A stretch of DNA of 64,000 nt, taken from sequence record NZ_CP040393.1; one strand, written 5' to 3'. The position numbers and the translations under genes were made by a program. The stretch comes from a plasmid. Under the pieces are notes generated by a model, which saw nothing but the letters and a program-made list of their open reading frames with translations, did not search any database and had not been told where the DNA came from. Numbering within the stretch: the stretch's first letter is position 1; the number at the start of each line of letters is the position of its first letter. This document shows, one piece after another, positions 8,191-15,302 of this stretch.

Positions 8191-8586
8191 ATGGGAAGAG
8201 TGGGTATTTACCTGAAGGACAAAATAGAGCGTGAAGTACGTGATATTGTCCAGATGGATTTACAGAATGGTGCCAATCCTTCTGAAGCAAACATATCAGC
8301 AACCTGCAATGAACTTATCAGACTTGGACTTCTGGTCTACAAGAAAAATGACAGCGACGGCAATAACTTTAATCTGGAAGGTTTCCGGCGGGACCTGATT
8401 AAAAAAGTTGCCGGCTCACGCGAGGGAATGATGATTCTTACCGCACTGATTTCGGAAATATACGTTGAACTGAAAGGGGACAAGGCACCGCTGAGCCTTG
8501 AGGATATGATTAATAACAATATTTCCGCGATAAATACCGCTGAGAACATGGCGGAAACACAACACTTTCTGGTCGAAGAACAATAA
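8191..8586 (+). CDS. traM: TraM, oriT-binding relaxosome accessory protein
   Basis: MGRVGIYLKDKIEREVRDIVQMDLQNGANPSEANISATCNELIRLGLLV matches F TraM MAKVNLYISNDAYEKINAIIEKRRQEGAREKDVSFSATASMLLELGLRV. 131 aa; first gene after oriT. Confidence 0.8.
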   Translation: MGRVGIYLKDKIEREVRDIVQMDLQNGANPSEANISATCNELIRLGLLVYKKNDSDGNNFNLEGFRRDLIKKVAGSREGMMILTALISEIYVELKGDKAPLSLEDMINNNISAINTAENMAETQHFLVEEQ

Positions 8587-8625
8587 CCACAGTGGCCGGA
8601 AGCAACACCGGCCACACACTCTCAG

Positions 8626-9300
8626 TTACTCCGGTTTATTCCACGGAAGCGGGACTTCTTCCGCTTCAGCAATTTTCTCCCGCAGATACCACTCAAAAGC
8701 CATACAGAGCACCTTCAGTGCCTGCGCATCTTTATTCTGGTCAAGAATTCGCTCCGTAAAATAACCCAGAGAATTCATCAGCCTTGTCAGCATTTCATCG
8801 TTAAGACTCCGTTTGTGTACCCGCGCCATAATTCTGATTTCGCTCGCGAGATTTTCCGGGATTCGCATACTGTAACCTGACGTTTTACCCGGAATAAGCA
8901 CCCGCTCGCCCTCGCGCCACATCCACGCCATCTCAGAACGCCCGCCCGGATTTACCGGGAGGTGAGGTTTTTCCTTGCCCTCAGAAAATATATCCTCCAG
9001 CCATTCTTCAAATTTTACCGCCAGAGAAATAATTCTTTCCCCTTCCGCCGTCTTAATTACCGGCACATGTGGCTGATAATTCAGGGACATTAACAGGCGC
9101 GCAATAATTTCATCATTAACACTTCGCCCACCTGTTCTGGCGCAAACCCGCAATTCCATTAACAGGTTGTCCGGCGCACGCAGTCGCCATTCCACCGTCT
9201 CGCCCGCAGTGAACTTACGCGGCCGCCCTCGGTGGTCCCACATTTTCTCTTTTACTTTCATCTGGATAGATCCCTGACAACTCAGGCGTTGTACCTGCAT
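8626..9300 (-). CDS. Tandem ribbon-helix-helix (Arc/MetJ-type) DNA-binding protein, divergently transcribed between traM and traA. It sits where traJ/traY would be but on the opposite strand.
   Basis: Two internal repeats: GRPRKFTAGETVEWRLRAPDNLLMELRVCARTGGRSVNDEIIARLLMSL and GERVLIPGKTSGYSMRIPENLASEIRIMARVHKRSLNDEMLTRLMNSL. Both carry the (R/K)S(V/L)N(D/S)E(I/M) Arc-like helix. No plus-strand ORF of 60 aa or more exists between 8586 and 9435. Confidence 0.7.
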   Translation of the reverse strand: MQVQRLSCQGSIQMKVKEKMWDHRGRPRKFTAGETVEWRLRAPDNLLMELRVCARTGGRSVNDEIIARLLMSLNYQPHVPVIKTAEGERIISLAVKFEEWLEDIFSEGKEKPHLPVNPGGRSEMAWMWREGERVLIPGKTSGYSMRIPENLASEIRIMARVHKRSLNDEMLTRLMNSLGYFTERILDQNKDAQALKVLCMAFEWYLREKIAEAEEVPLPWNKPE

Positions 9301-9370
9301 GACCTAGGGTATGTTCTGCCCATACTCAGATAATTCCTAATATTGTTGAAAAGTGTGATGCGTCTCACAG

Positions 9371-9382
9371 TTTTTTTTTTTT
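9371..9382. repeat. T12 homopolymer inside a short hairpin (GTCTCA ... TGAGAC) in the traA promoter region
   Basis: 9364-9395 gtctcacag tttttttttttt agggtcatgagac. Confidence 0.6.
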
Positions 9383-9458
9383 AGGGTCATGAGACACTAA
9401 TGCCCGCGTAAACAACCACTTACGCAATCACCTTTTGTTTACATCCGGAGAAACAAGC

Positions 9459-9812
9459 ATGTTCAAGCAGGACAATGCCCTTAATGTCAGGCAGGGATGG
9501 GCGGTAGCGTCTTTATTTCGCAAAGCCCGTGAATATATTCAGTTTCGGCAGTTTTTAAAAAACGGAGGATTAATTTTAATTTCACTTATGGTCAGTCATT
9601 ATGCGCTGGCCAGCGGGAGCGATTTACTGGCTCCTCAGGATTCCACCGTAACCGGTACATTTGGTCACGGCTCCTCACTTGAAAAATATTTATATTATGC
9701 TGAAATATTTATCGCTGTTTTTTTGTATGTGAAAGCCCGCTCCCCGCTCGTTTTTGTTGGCCTTGTTATGGTTATTATCTTTACCCGCCTGGGTTTCTCT
9801 CTGGCAGGTTAA
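9459..9812 (+). CDS. traA: TraA propilin (F-pilin precursor). The tracked ORF starts at 9435; the likely start is MFKQ at 9459.
   Basis: Long leader followed by ...ISLMVSHYALA|SGSDLLAPQDSTVTGTFGHGSSLEKYLYYAEIFIAVFLYVKARSPLVFVGLVMVIIFTRLGFSLAG. Two hydrophobic segments and an Ala-X-Ala leader-peptidase site as in F TraA. Position is before traL. Confidence 0.75.
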   Translation: MFKQDNALNVRQGWAVASLFRKAREYIQFRQFLKNGGLILISLMVSHYALASGSDLLAPQDSTVTGTFGHGSSLEKYLYYAEIFIAVFLYVKARSPLVFVGLVMVIIFTRLGFSLAG

Positions 9813-10117
9813 TGATGAGCGGGGAAGATGATAAATATTACTTCCCGGAAACGTTAAATCACCAGTCCCGATACTTCGGCCTTCCCCTCGACGAACTCAT
9901 TATTATTGCTCCCCTTACGTTATTAGGTATCGCATTTAATATGTCGACCGCCCTGGGGATAGTTTCGGGTGTGCTCTGGTGGATAGTCAGATATCTGAAA
10001 AAAGGGCAGGGGTCGTACTGGTTACTGAATTTCTGTTACTGGCACCTCCCCACCTTAATTTTCAGGGTGACTTTCAGGTTAATTCCTGAATCCAGTTTCC
10101 GTCACTGGAGGGCGTGA
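9812..10117 (+). CDS. traL: TraL, pilus assembly protein
   Basis: 101-aa membrane protein immediately after traA with an overlapping start; synteny with F traA-traL-traE. Confidence 0.6.
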   Translation: MMSGEDDKYYFPETLNHQSRYFGLPLDELIIIAPLTLLGIAFNMSTALGIVSGVLWWIVRYLKKGQGSYWLLNFCYWHLPTLIFRVTFRLIPESSFRHWRA

Positions 10118-10121
10118 ACGC

Positions 10122-10700
10122 GTGAAATTAGATATCAGGCGCAACCGGGATAAATATCTCCGTTACGCATTCATCGGAATGGCCGCGTACTGCATTGCAG
10201 CCACTCTCGGCAACATACTGAGCGGCTCTCTGGCCTGGCATTTTGCCACCCGCCAGAAAACCATCACCACGCCCATGATTTTCAACCAGCCATTCAGTTC
10301 TGACGCGTCGTCGGCTGACTCTCCAGCCATGACAATGTTCGCACTCTCTTTTCTGTATATGCGGCTTAACGTCAGTCCGGAAAACATCGATGGCCAGCAA
10401 AAATTGCTTCTCGGGTATGTTCCGGCAGAAAGCCGGAACGCACTCAAAAAAGCTCTCGATGTGGAAGCTGACCGGATTAAAAAAGGAGGCATCACCTGGC
10501 GATACGACACACGCGCCCTGCGCATGATTAAACCCGGCGTGATTGACGCCGATGTCGTTCTCCACCCCTCAACCACCAACGGCAATATCACCACCGACCT
10601 GAAGGAGCAGGCCAGAACCTACCAGCTCCGGATGAGTTATGAGAACGGCATTATCAGACTGCTTGATATGACCGAACTCGTGCCGGCCACCACTAACTGA
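10122..10700 (+). CDS. traE: TraE, pilus assembly protein (GTG start)
   Basis: 192 aa with an N-terminal TM. ...TPMIFNQPFSSDASSADSPAMTMFALSFLYMRLNVSPENIDGQQ... matches F TraE TPMAFNAPFAVSQNSADASYLQQMALSFIALRLNVSSETVDASHQ. Confidence 0.75.
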   Translation: MKLDIRRNRDKYLRYAFIGMAAYCIAATLGNILSGSLAWHFATRQKTITTPMIFNQPFSSDASSADSPAMTMFALSFLYMRLNVSPENIDGQQKLLLGYVPAESRNALKKALDVEADRIKKGGITWRYDTRALRMIKPGVIDADVVLHPSTTNGNITTDLKEQARTYQLRMSYENGIIRLLDMTELVPATTN

Positions 10701-10713
10701 ATCAGGACTGCCA

Positions 10714-11454
10714 ATGAAAATACGTTTTTCACCGGCAGCTGCTGCTGTGTTACTGGCAACGGGATTTTTCACGGGCGGCCTCCGGGCCGCCATCATTCCC
10801 GGCGCCACACCGTTTGAGAATGACGCGTCCTTTACCGTCACCCTCAGTAACACCAACCCCAACAAAATCGTCATTGACGGGGAAATGGTGACCAGCATCA
10901 GCGGGCCGCAAGGGGCTTATGACAAGAAACCAACCGATGACGGGGCACTGATTCTGTCGCCCCTGGTTGGACAGAACTTCACTGTATTTATCGAAACCGC
11001 CAGAGGCGCTGCACTGAGCCTGAACGTTCAGCCGAAACCGGGTCCCGGACGCACGCTGCGCTATGTGCCACTGAGCCAGCCGAAAGTTAAAAATGAGGAT
11101 GCGAAAGCCTGGGAAGAAGGCCAGAGCTACGAGAAAACACTCGTCAGTCTGTCACGCAGTATCGCGCAGGGCGACGTCCCGGAGGGATACCAGGATATCC
11201 CGGTGAGCCGCCTGCCGGCTTACGCTCCGGCGGTCACCGTGCAACTGACCCCTGAGCGCCAGCTGGTCGGCACCCACCTGCGCATTGTCCGCTTCCGCAT
11301 GAAAAATCCCGGCGTGGTCACCACGCAGCTGCGCGAGCGTGATTTCTGGCGCAAAGGGGTTTGCGCCGTGATGCTGTCGCAGAATCAGCTGTATGCGAAC
11401 GGGGAAGGGTATGTGTGGGTGGTGTTCTCTACAGACGGAGAACCTCATCCATGA
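10714..11454 (+). CDS. traK: TraK, secretin-like periplasmic pilus assembly protein
   Basis: 246 aa with a signal peptide. Position and size match F TraK (242 aa). Stop overlaps the traB start (ATGA). Confidence 0.7.
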   Translation: MKIRFSPAAAAVLLATGFFTGGLRAAIIPGATPFENDASFTVTLSNTNPNKIVIDGEMVTSISGPQGAYDKKPTDDGALILSPLVGQNFTVFIETARGAALSLNVQPKPGPGRTLRYVPLSQPKVKNEDAKAWEEGQSYEKTLVSLSRSIAQGDVPEGYQDIPVSRLPAYAPAVTVQLTPERQLVGTHLRIVRFRMKNPGVVTTQLRERDFWRKGVCAVMLSQNQLYANGEGYVWVVFSTDGEPHP

Positions 11455-12869
11455 ACATCAACGTGAAAACCCGGCGTACCCAGATTGCCATCCTTGTCGG
11501 CGTACTGATAACGGCCGGCGTGACAGCCGCTGCCGTTATCACCTTCGGTGGCGAAGGTCCTGGTGGCCAGCACAAGCCTAAACAGAACGTACCTGCACCC
11601 AACATGACCGGCGTTATCGGTCCCGCCTTTGACGAGCAGGTACAGCAGTCCGCCATGACCCAGCAGCAGGCTAAGACCTCTGCGCTGGAAGCCAGAGTGG
11701 ACGGGCTGGCGCAGACGATTAAGCAAAACCAGATTGATTTCTCCGCTCAGTTGCAAAAAAAGGACGCCGAGATTCAGCGTCTGAATGACCAACTGACGAA
11801 GCAGCCGGGTGCCACCGGCAGCAACGGACAACCCACCGGGCAGCAGACACCACCTGCTTCTCCGGACGGCACACCACTGCCGGGTCCGGTTGCTGCCGGT
11901 CAGGCCAGACCCCCTCAGTACACTGTCACTCCGGTGAACGGCGCGCCAGCCGCCATTGGCGCAGCCGCAAATCAGGGTGCCGGGTTTTATCCCGGCGGCA
12001 GTGGTAATCGCATGACTGCGGGTATCGACAAAACCACCTTTAACTACGAAAGCCTGAAAAAGAAACCCACTAAGCTGCCCTGGATATCCTCCGGCTCCTT
12101 CTCTGACGCCATCATGATTGAGGGTGCTGACGCCAACGCCAGCGTCACCGGTCAGCAGAACAGCCGGCCTGTGACAATCCGCCTTCAGGGCAAAACCACC
12201 ATGCCAAACAACCGCCAGTTTGACCTGGATGGCTGTTTTATCGTGGGGGAAATCTGGGGTGACATCTCCAGTGAACGCGGCGAAGTACGGACGAAGACTA
12301 TCAGCTGCAACCTGAAAAACGGCAAGGACATCGACATGGAGTTTGAAGGCCATGTCAGCTTCCAGGGCAAGGGTGGCATCAAAGGCACGCCGGTAATGCG
12401 TAACGGCAAAATCATCGGCTATGCCGGCGCGGCCGGGCTGCTCTCCGGCTTCGGTGAGGGTATCAAATCCGCCGCCACTCCGTCTGTGGGACTGGGGGCC
12501 ACCGCGAACGTCAGTGCCGGTGATGTCTTAGGACAGGGATTCGGCGGGGGCGCGAGCAAAGCCGCTGACACGCTGAGCCAGTACTGGATTAAGCGGGCTG
12601 AGCAGTATCACCCCATCATTGATATCGGTGCCGGTAACAAGGTCACCGTGGTGTTCCAGAAGGGCTTTCAGCTCGAAACCCGGCAGGACAGCGAAGAGGA
12701 AAAAGCCAGAGCTGCTGCGCAGAACGCCGGCGAAACAGCGAAAAATGCGGTAACCGGGAACAACACGCCGGTCGCCAGTACCTCCTCAACGTCCTCTGTC
12801 GGCAACATCGATCCGGATGAAGTGCTGCGTCAGGCAAAAGGACTGCAGCTTGGCGACACCATCAACTGA
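11451..12869 (+). CDS. traB: TraB (VirB10-like). ATG at 11451; the tracked ORF 11361 has an unsupported N-terminal extension.
   Basis: MNINVKTRRTQIAILVGVLITAGV...coiled coil...Pro/Gln-rich linker...C-terminal beta domain. 472 aa against F TraB 475 aa; synteny. Confidence 0.85.
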   Translation: MNINVKTRRTQIAILVGVLITAGVTAAAVITFGGEGPGGQHKPKQNVPAPNMTGVIGPAFDEQVQQSAMTQQQAKTSALEARVDGLAQTIKQNQIDFSAQLQKKDAEIQRLNDQLTKQPGATGSNGQPTGQQTPPASPDGTPLPGPVAAGQARPPQYTVTPVNGAPAAIGAAANQGAGFYPGGSGNRMTAGIDKTTFNYESLKKKPTKLPWISSGSFSDAIMIEGADANASVTGQQNSRPVTIRLQGKTTMPNNRQFDLDGCFIVGEIWGDISSERGEVRTKTISCNLKNGKDIDMEFEGHVSFQGKGGIKGTPVMRNGKIIGYAGAAGLLSGFGEGIKSAATPSVGLGATANVSAGDVLGQGFGGGASKAADTLSQYWIKRAEQYHPIIDIGAGNKVTVVFQKGFQLETRQDSEEEKARAAAQNAGETAKNAVTGNNTPVASTSSTSSVGNIDPDEVLRQAKGLQLGDTIN

Positions 12870-12880
12870 GGGGGATAGCG

Positions 12881-13348
12881 GTGAAAAAAGACCGTAACGC
12901 TAAAGTTCTGCGGCAAATACGCAGTGATATTAACCAGTGGCGCGCGGGCGGCTTTCCGCCCGGTAAGCGGTTATTTCTGTTCGTCTGGGGGCTTCCCACT
13001 CTTGGCGGATTCTGGCTGGTGATGAATTCATCAGCGAAACCGGCAGTGTCAGCGCTTATATTCGCGCTTATCTCCGGCGTTGCCCTGATTTTTGCCACAG
13101 TGGTCACTGCGGCCGCCCCAAAAACATGGAGTGAAACCCTGGATAAAAGACTCTCCACATACCAGCCACAGAACCTGGTGGCCTGGAACTATTTACAGAA
13201 AACAGCCAGCAAAAAGGGAAAGCTTGAAGTGCATGACCTGGAGCGCTGGTATGAAAGCGAGGCCATTACCGCCTGCCCTCGGGTGAAAAAACCGCTTCGC
13301 TTTCTGAACCATCGACCGGAGACGAAAGATACGGAGTCACTGAAATGA
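12881..13348 (+). CDS. Inner-membrane protein at the traP position (TraP-like by synteny only), GTG start
   Basis: 155 aa, 2-3 TM helices (LFLFVWGLPTLGGFWLVM..., ALIFALISGVALIFATVVTAAA). No clear sequence match recalled. Confidence 0.4.
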   Translation: MKKDRNAKVLRQIRSDINQWRAGGFPPGKRLFLFVWGLPTLGGFWLVMNSSAKPAVSALIFALISGVALIFATVVTAAAPKTWSETLDKRLSTYQPQNLVAWNYLQKTASKKGKLEVHDLERWYESEAITACPRVKKPLRFLNHRPETKDTESLK

Positions 13349-13551
13349 ACCGTTATGCAACGAACACTCTTGTGCTTATCACGCTGGCTCTGCTCGCTTC
13401 ACTGATGCTAATGGTCAGCGCCGCAAAGGGCGAGGCTCTTCAGACCGGGCTGAACTTACTCAGACCGGTCTGTTTCAGTACTCCAGGCCGGACAGAGGCC
13501 AGATTTTTATCGAACCATTCACCGACCGGGCAAAATCATGCAAATAAATAA
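13345..13551 (+). CDS. Small hydrophobic protein (68 aa) at the trbD position
   Basis: MNRYATNTLVLITLALLASLMLMVSAAKGEA... Overlapping start/stop with its neighbours. Confidence 0.35.
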   Translation: MNRYATNTLVLITLALLASLMLMVSAAKGEALQTGLNLLRPVCFSTPGRTEARFLSNHSPTGQNHANK

Positions 13552-14428
13552 CTATGCAGAAATGACAATGAATATTAGTAAAAAGAGCCTCTTTGTATTA
13601 CTTACAGTTGCAGGACTCATTCTTGCCCTGATAGCTGCCTTTCTTTCAATTTATACCGTAAATGAAGGAGAACGAGGCATTGTGCTTCGGAATGGCAGGG
13701 TGGTGACGGTTGCCGGGCCGGGTATGGGTCTCAAAATACCTTTCATTGAAAGCGTGGAGAAAATTACAGTTCGCAACGAAGCGATGCTTTACAGGGGGCT
13801 GAGTGCATACAGCAGTGACCAGCAACCCGCCCAGATGACCGTTTCTGTTAACTTCCACATCCCGCCTTCTGACGTTGAACGGGTTTATGCGGGATACAAA
13901 ACGGTTGAAGATATGAAAACTCGCCTTATTGCCCGCCAGATACCCACACAGCTTGAAAATGTTTTTGGACAATATACGGCTATCAGTGCAGTACAGAACC
14001 GCACCCGTCTTGTTCTGGATGTCCAGAATGCGCTACGCAAGTCTGTTGATGGTCCGGTAGTTATCGATACCGTCCAGATCGAGAATATCGATTTTTCTGA
14101 TGCTTATGAAAAATCCATCGAAGACCGAATGAAAGCCGAGGTGGCTATTGCGACCCGCAGGCAGAATCTTGAAACGGAAAAGATTCAGGCGCAAATAACG
14201 GTAACCAAGGCACAGGCTACAGCTGACAGCAAACTGGCTGCTGCAAAGGCTGATTCTGAATCTATTCGACTGCGTGGTAGCGCAGAAGCCGAAGCGATCC
14301 GGGCGAAAGGGGAGGCGCTGAAAGATAATCCGTCTCTTGTCAGCCTGACCACCGCCGAACGCTGGGATGGAAAATTACCCGCCTCTATGGTTCCGGGAGG
14401 CAGCGTTCCCTTCATTTCTGTTAAGTAG
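13538..14428 (+). CDS. SPFH / band-7 (HflC/prohibitin-like) membrane protein embedded in the tra operon. Possible start at 13565 (MTMNISKK).
   Basis: N-terminal TM (LFVLLTVAGLILALIAAFLSIY) then TVNEGERGIVLRNGRVV...IPFIE...an AEA-repeat helix...TTAERWDGKLPASMVPGGSVPFISVK. This is the classic SPFH domain plus its C-terminal ERWDG motif. It is not present in the F tra operon. Confidence 0.8.
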   Translation: MQINNYAEMTMNISKKSLFVLLTVAGLILALIAAFLSIYTVNEGERGIVLRNGRVVTVAGPGMGLKIPFIESVEKITVRNEAMLYRGLSAYSSDQQPAQMTVSVNFHIPPSDVERVYAGYKTVEDMKTRLIARQIPTQLENVFGQYTAISAVQNRTRLVLDVQNALRKSVDGPVVIDTVQIENIDFSDAYEKSIEDRMKAEVAIATRRQNLETEKIQAQITVTKAQATADSKLAAAKADSESIRLRGSAEAEAIRAKGEALKDNPSLVSLTTAERWDGKLPASMVPGGSVPFISVK

Positions 14429-14478
14429 TTAAATTCCAGGCAACACCCCCTCAGATATCCTTTTATCCGGAGACATCC

Positions 14479-15066
14479 ATGCGTAAATTACTGGGTGCCG
14501 CACTGCTGTGCGGCGCGCTAACCGGCTGCGCCGGTATGAACTCAGATTTTGACTGTAACGCCACGGCCACCGATAAATGCCTGACCACTGCCGAAGCCAA
14601 TAAACTGGCTGCGCAGGGTAAAAGCATTGACGATATCGGTGCCGAAAAAGACGTAAAAAAGCCTGCGGGTGAAACCCTGCCGGCACTGCGTAACACGGCA
14701 CCGGTTGTAATTCCTTCCCGCCCCGTTTCTGTCGCAGCAACCGGAATCACCCCCAAAGCCATTGCACCGCGTCCGATCGTGGCTTCGCCCACGCCGGTTA
14801 CACCCACCACAACCACGCGCAGCACGCTGACGGGTCAGCCCCTGACTACGCCGATTCAGCCGCTGCCGTATGTCTCTCCGGCCCGTTCCGTCAGTGATGC
14901 CGGGCGCGTGACCGCGCAGCGCATCCCGGATGCCACACAGCGCCTGTGGATTGCGCCGTGGGTGGATACCGATGACAACTTCCATCAGCCGGCTGTCGTC
15001 GAGTTTGTGAAAAACAAATCCCACTGGGATGAAGGTTTTCGCGTCATCGGGGAGGACGGCGAATGA
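14479..15066 (+). CDS. traV: TraV, outer-membrane lipoprotein of the T4SS core
   Basis: MRKLLGAALLCGALTGCAGMNSDFDCNATATDKC... Lipobox LTGC plus the conserved Cys pair. Pro/Thr-rich linker. Position is between traB-region genes and traC. Confidence 0.75.
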   Translation: MRKLLGAALLCGALTGCAGMNSDFDCNATATDKCLTTAEANKLAAQGKSIDDIGAEKDVKKPAGETLPALRNTAPVVIPSRPVSVAATGITPKAIAPRPIVASPTPVTPTTTTRSTLTGQPLTTPIQPLPYVSPARSVSDAGRVTAQRIPDATQRLWIAPWVDTDDNFHQPAVVEFVKNKSHWDEGFRVIGEDGE

Positions 15067-15302
15067 TGAAAGCACAACGTCGCACCGGCGCGAAACGTGA
15101 ACCCCGCAACTGGCAGGGCGGCTGCCGCTTCGCCGATGAGGCTCCGGAGGCGGATTGCTCGGGCCTGCTGGAAGACACGCTGGGCCATCTGCGAAGCAAC
15201 CTGCTGGAAAGTCATATCGCCCAGGACAACATGCACGCACTGCGCCTTGAACTCATCGGTGATATTGCAGCCCGGCTGCAACCCCACGGGAGAATGAAAT
15301 AA
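15063..15302 (+). CDS. Small protein at the traR position (79 aa), unknown. Lacks the DksA/TraR C4 zinc finger.
   Basis: MMKAQRRTGAKREPRNWQGGCRFADEAPEADCSGLLEDTLGHLRSNLLESHIAQDNMHALRLELIGDIAARL. Only two Cys. Start overlaps the traV stop; stop overlaps the traC start. Confidence 0.35.
   Translation: MMKAQRRTGAKREPRNWQGGCRFADEAPEADCSGLLEDTLGHLRSNLLESHIAQDNMHALRLELIGDIAARLQPHGRMK

Noticed and set aside
8626-9300. Possibility that the minus-strand RHH ORF is a shadow of a plus-strand traJ/traY
   Set aside because: No plus-strand ORF of 60 aa or more exists between traM and traA. The minus-strand protein has two clean, internally repeated Arc-like RHH units, which would not arise by chance in a shadow frame.
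11445-12353. Long antisense ORFs inside GC-rich tra genes (for example 11445-12353 minus 302 aa, 16481-17512 minus 343 aa, 22914-23777 minus 287 aa, 24887-25714 minus 275 aa, 36683-37135 minus, 37220-37852 minus, 39161-39880 minus, 41237-41815 minus)
   Set aside because: They lie opposite genes with strong homology support (traB, traC, traU/trbC, traN, traD, traI). Their amino-acid composition is Arg/Gly/Pro-rich and typical of shadow frames in high-GC DNA. No RBS or motif support.
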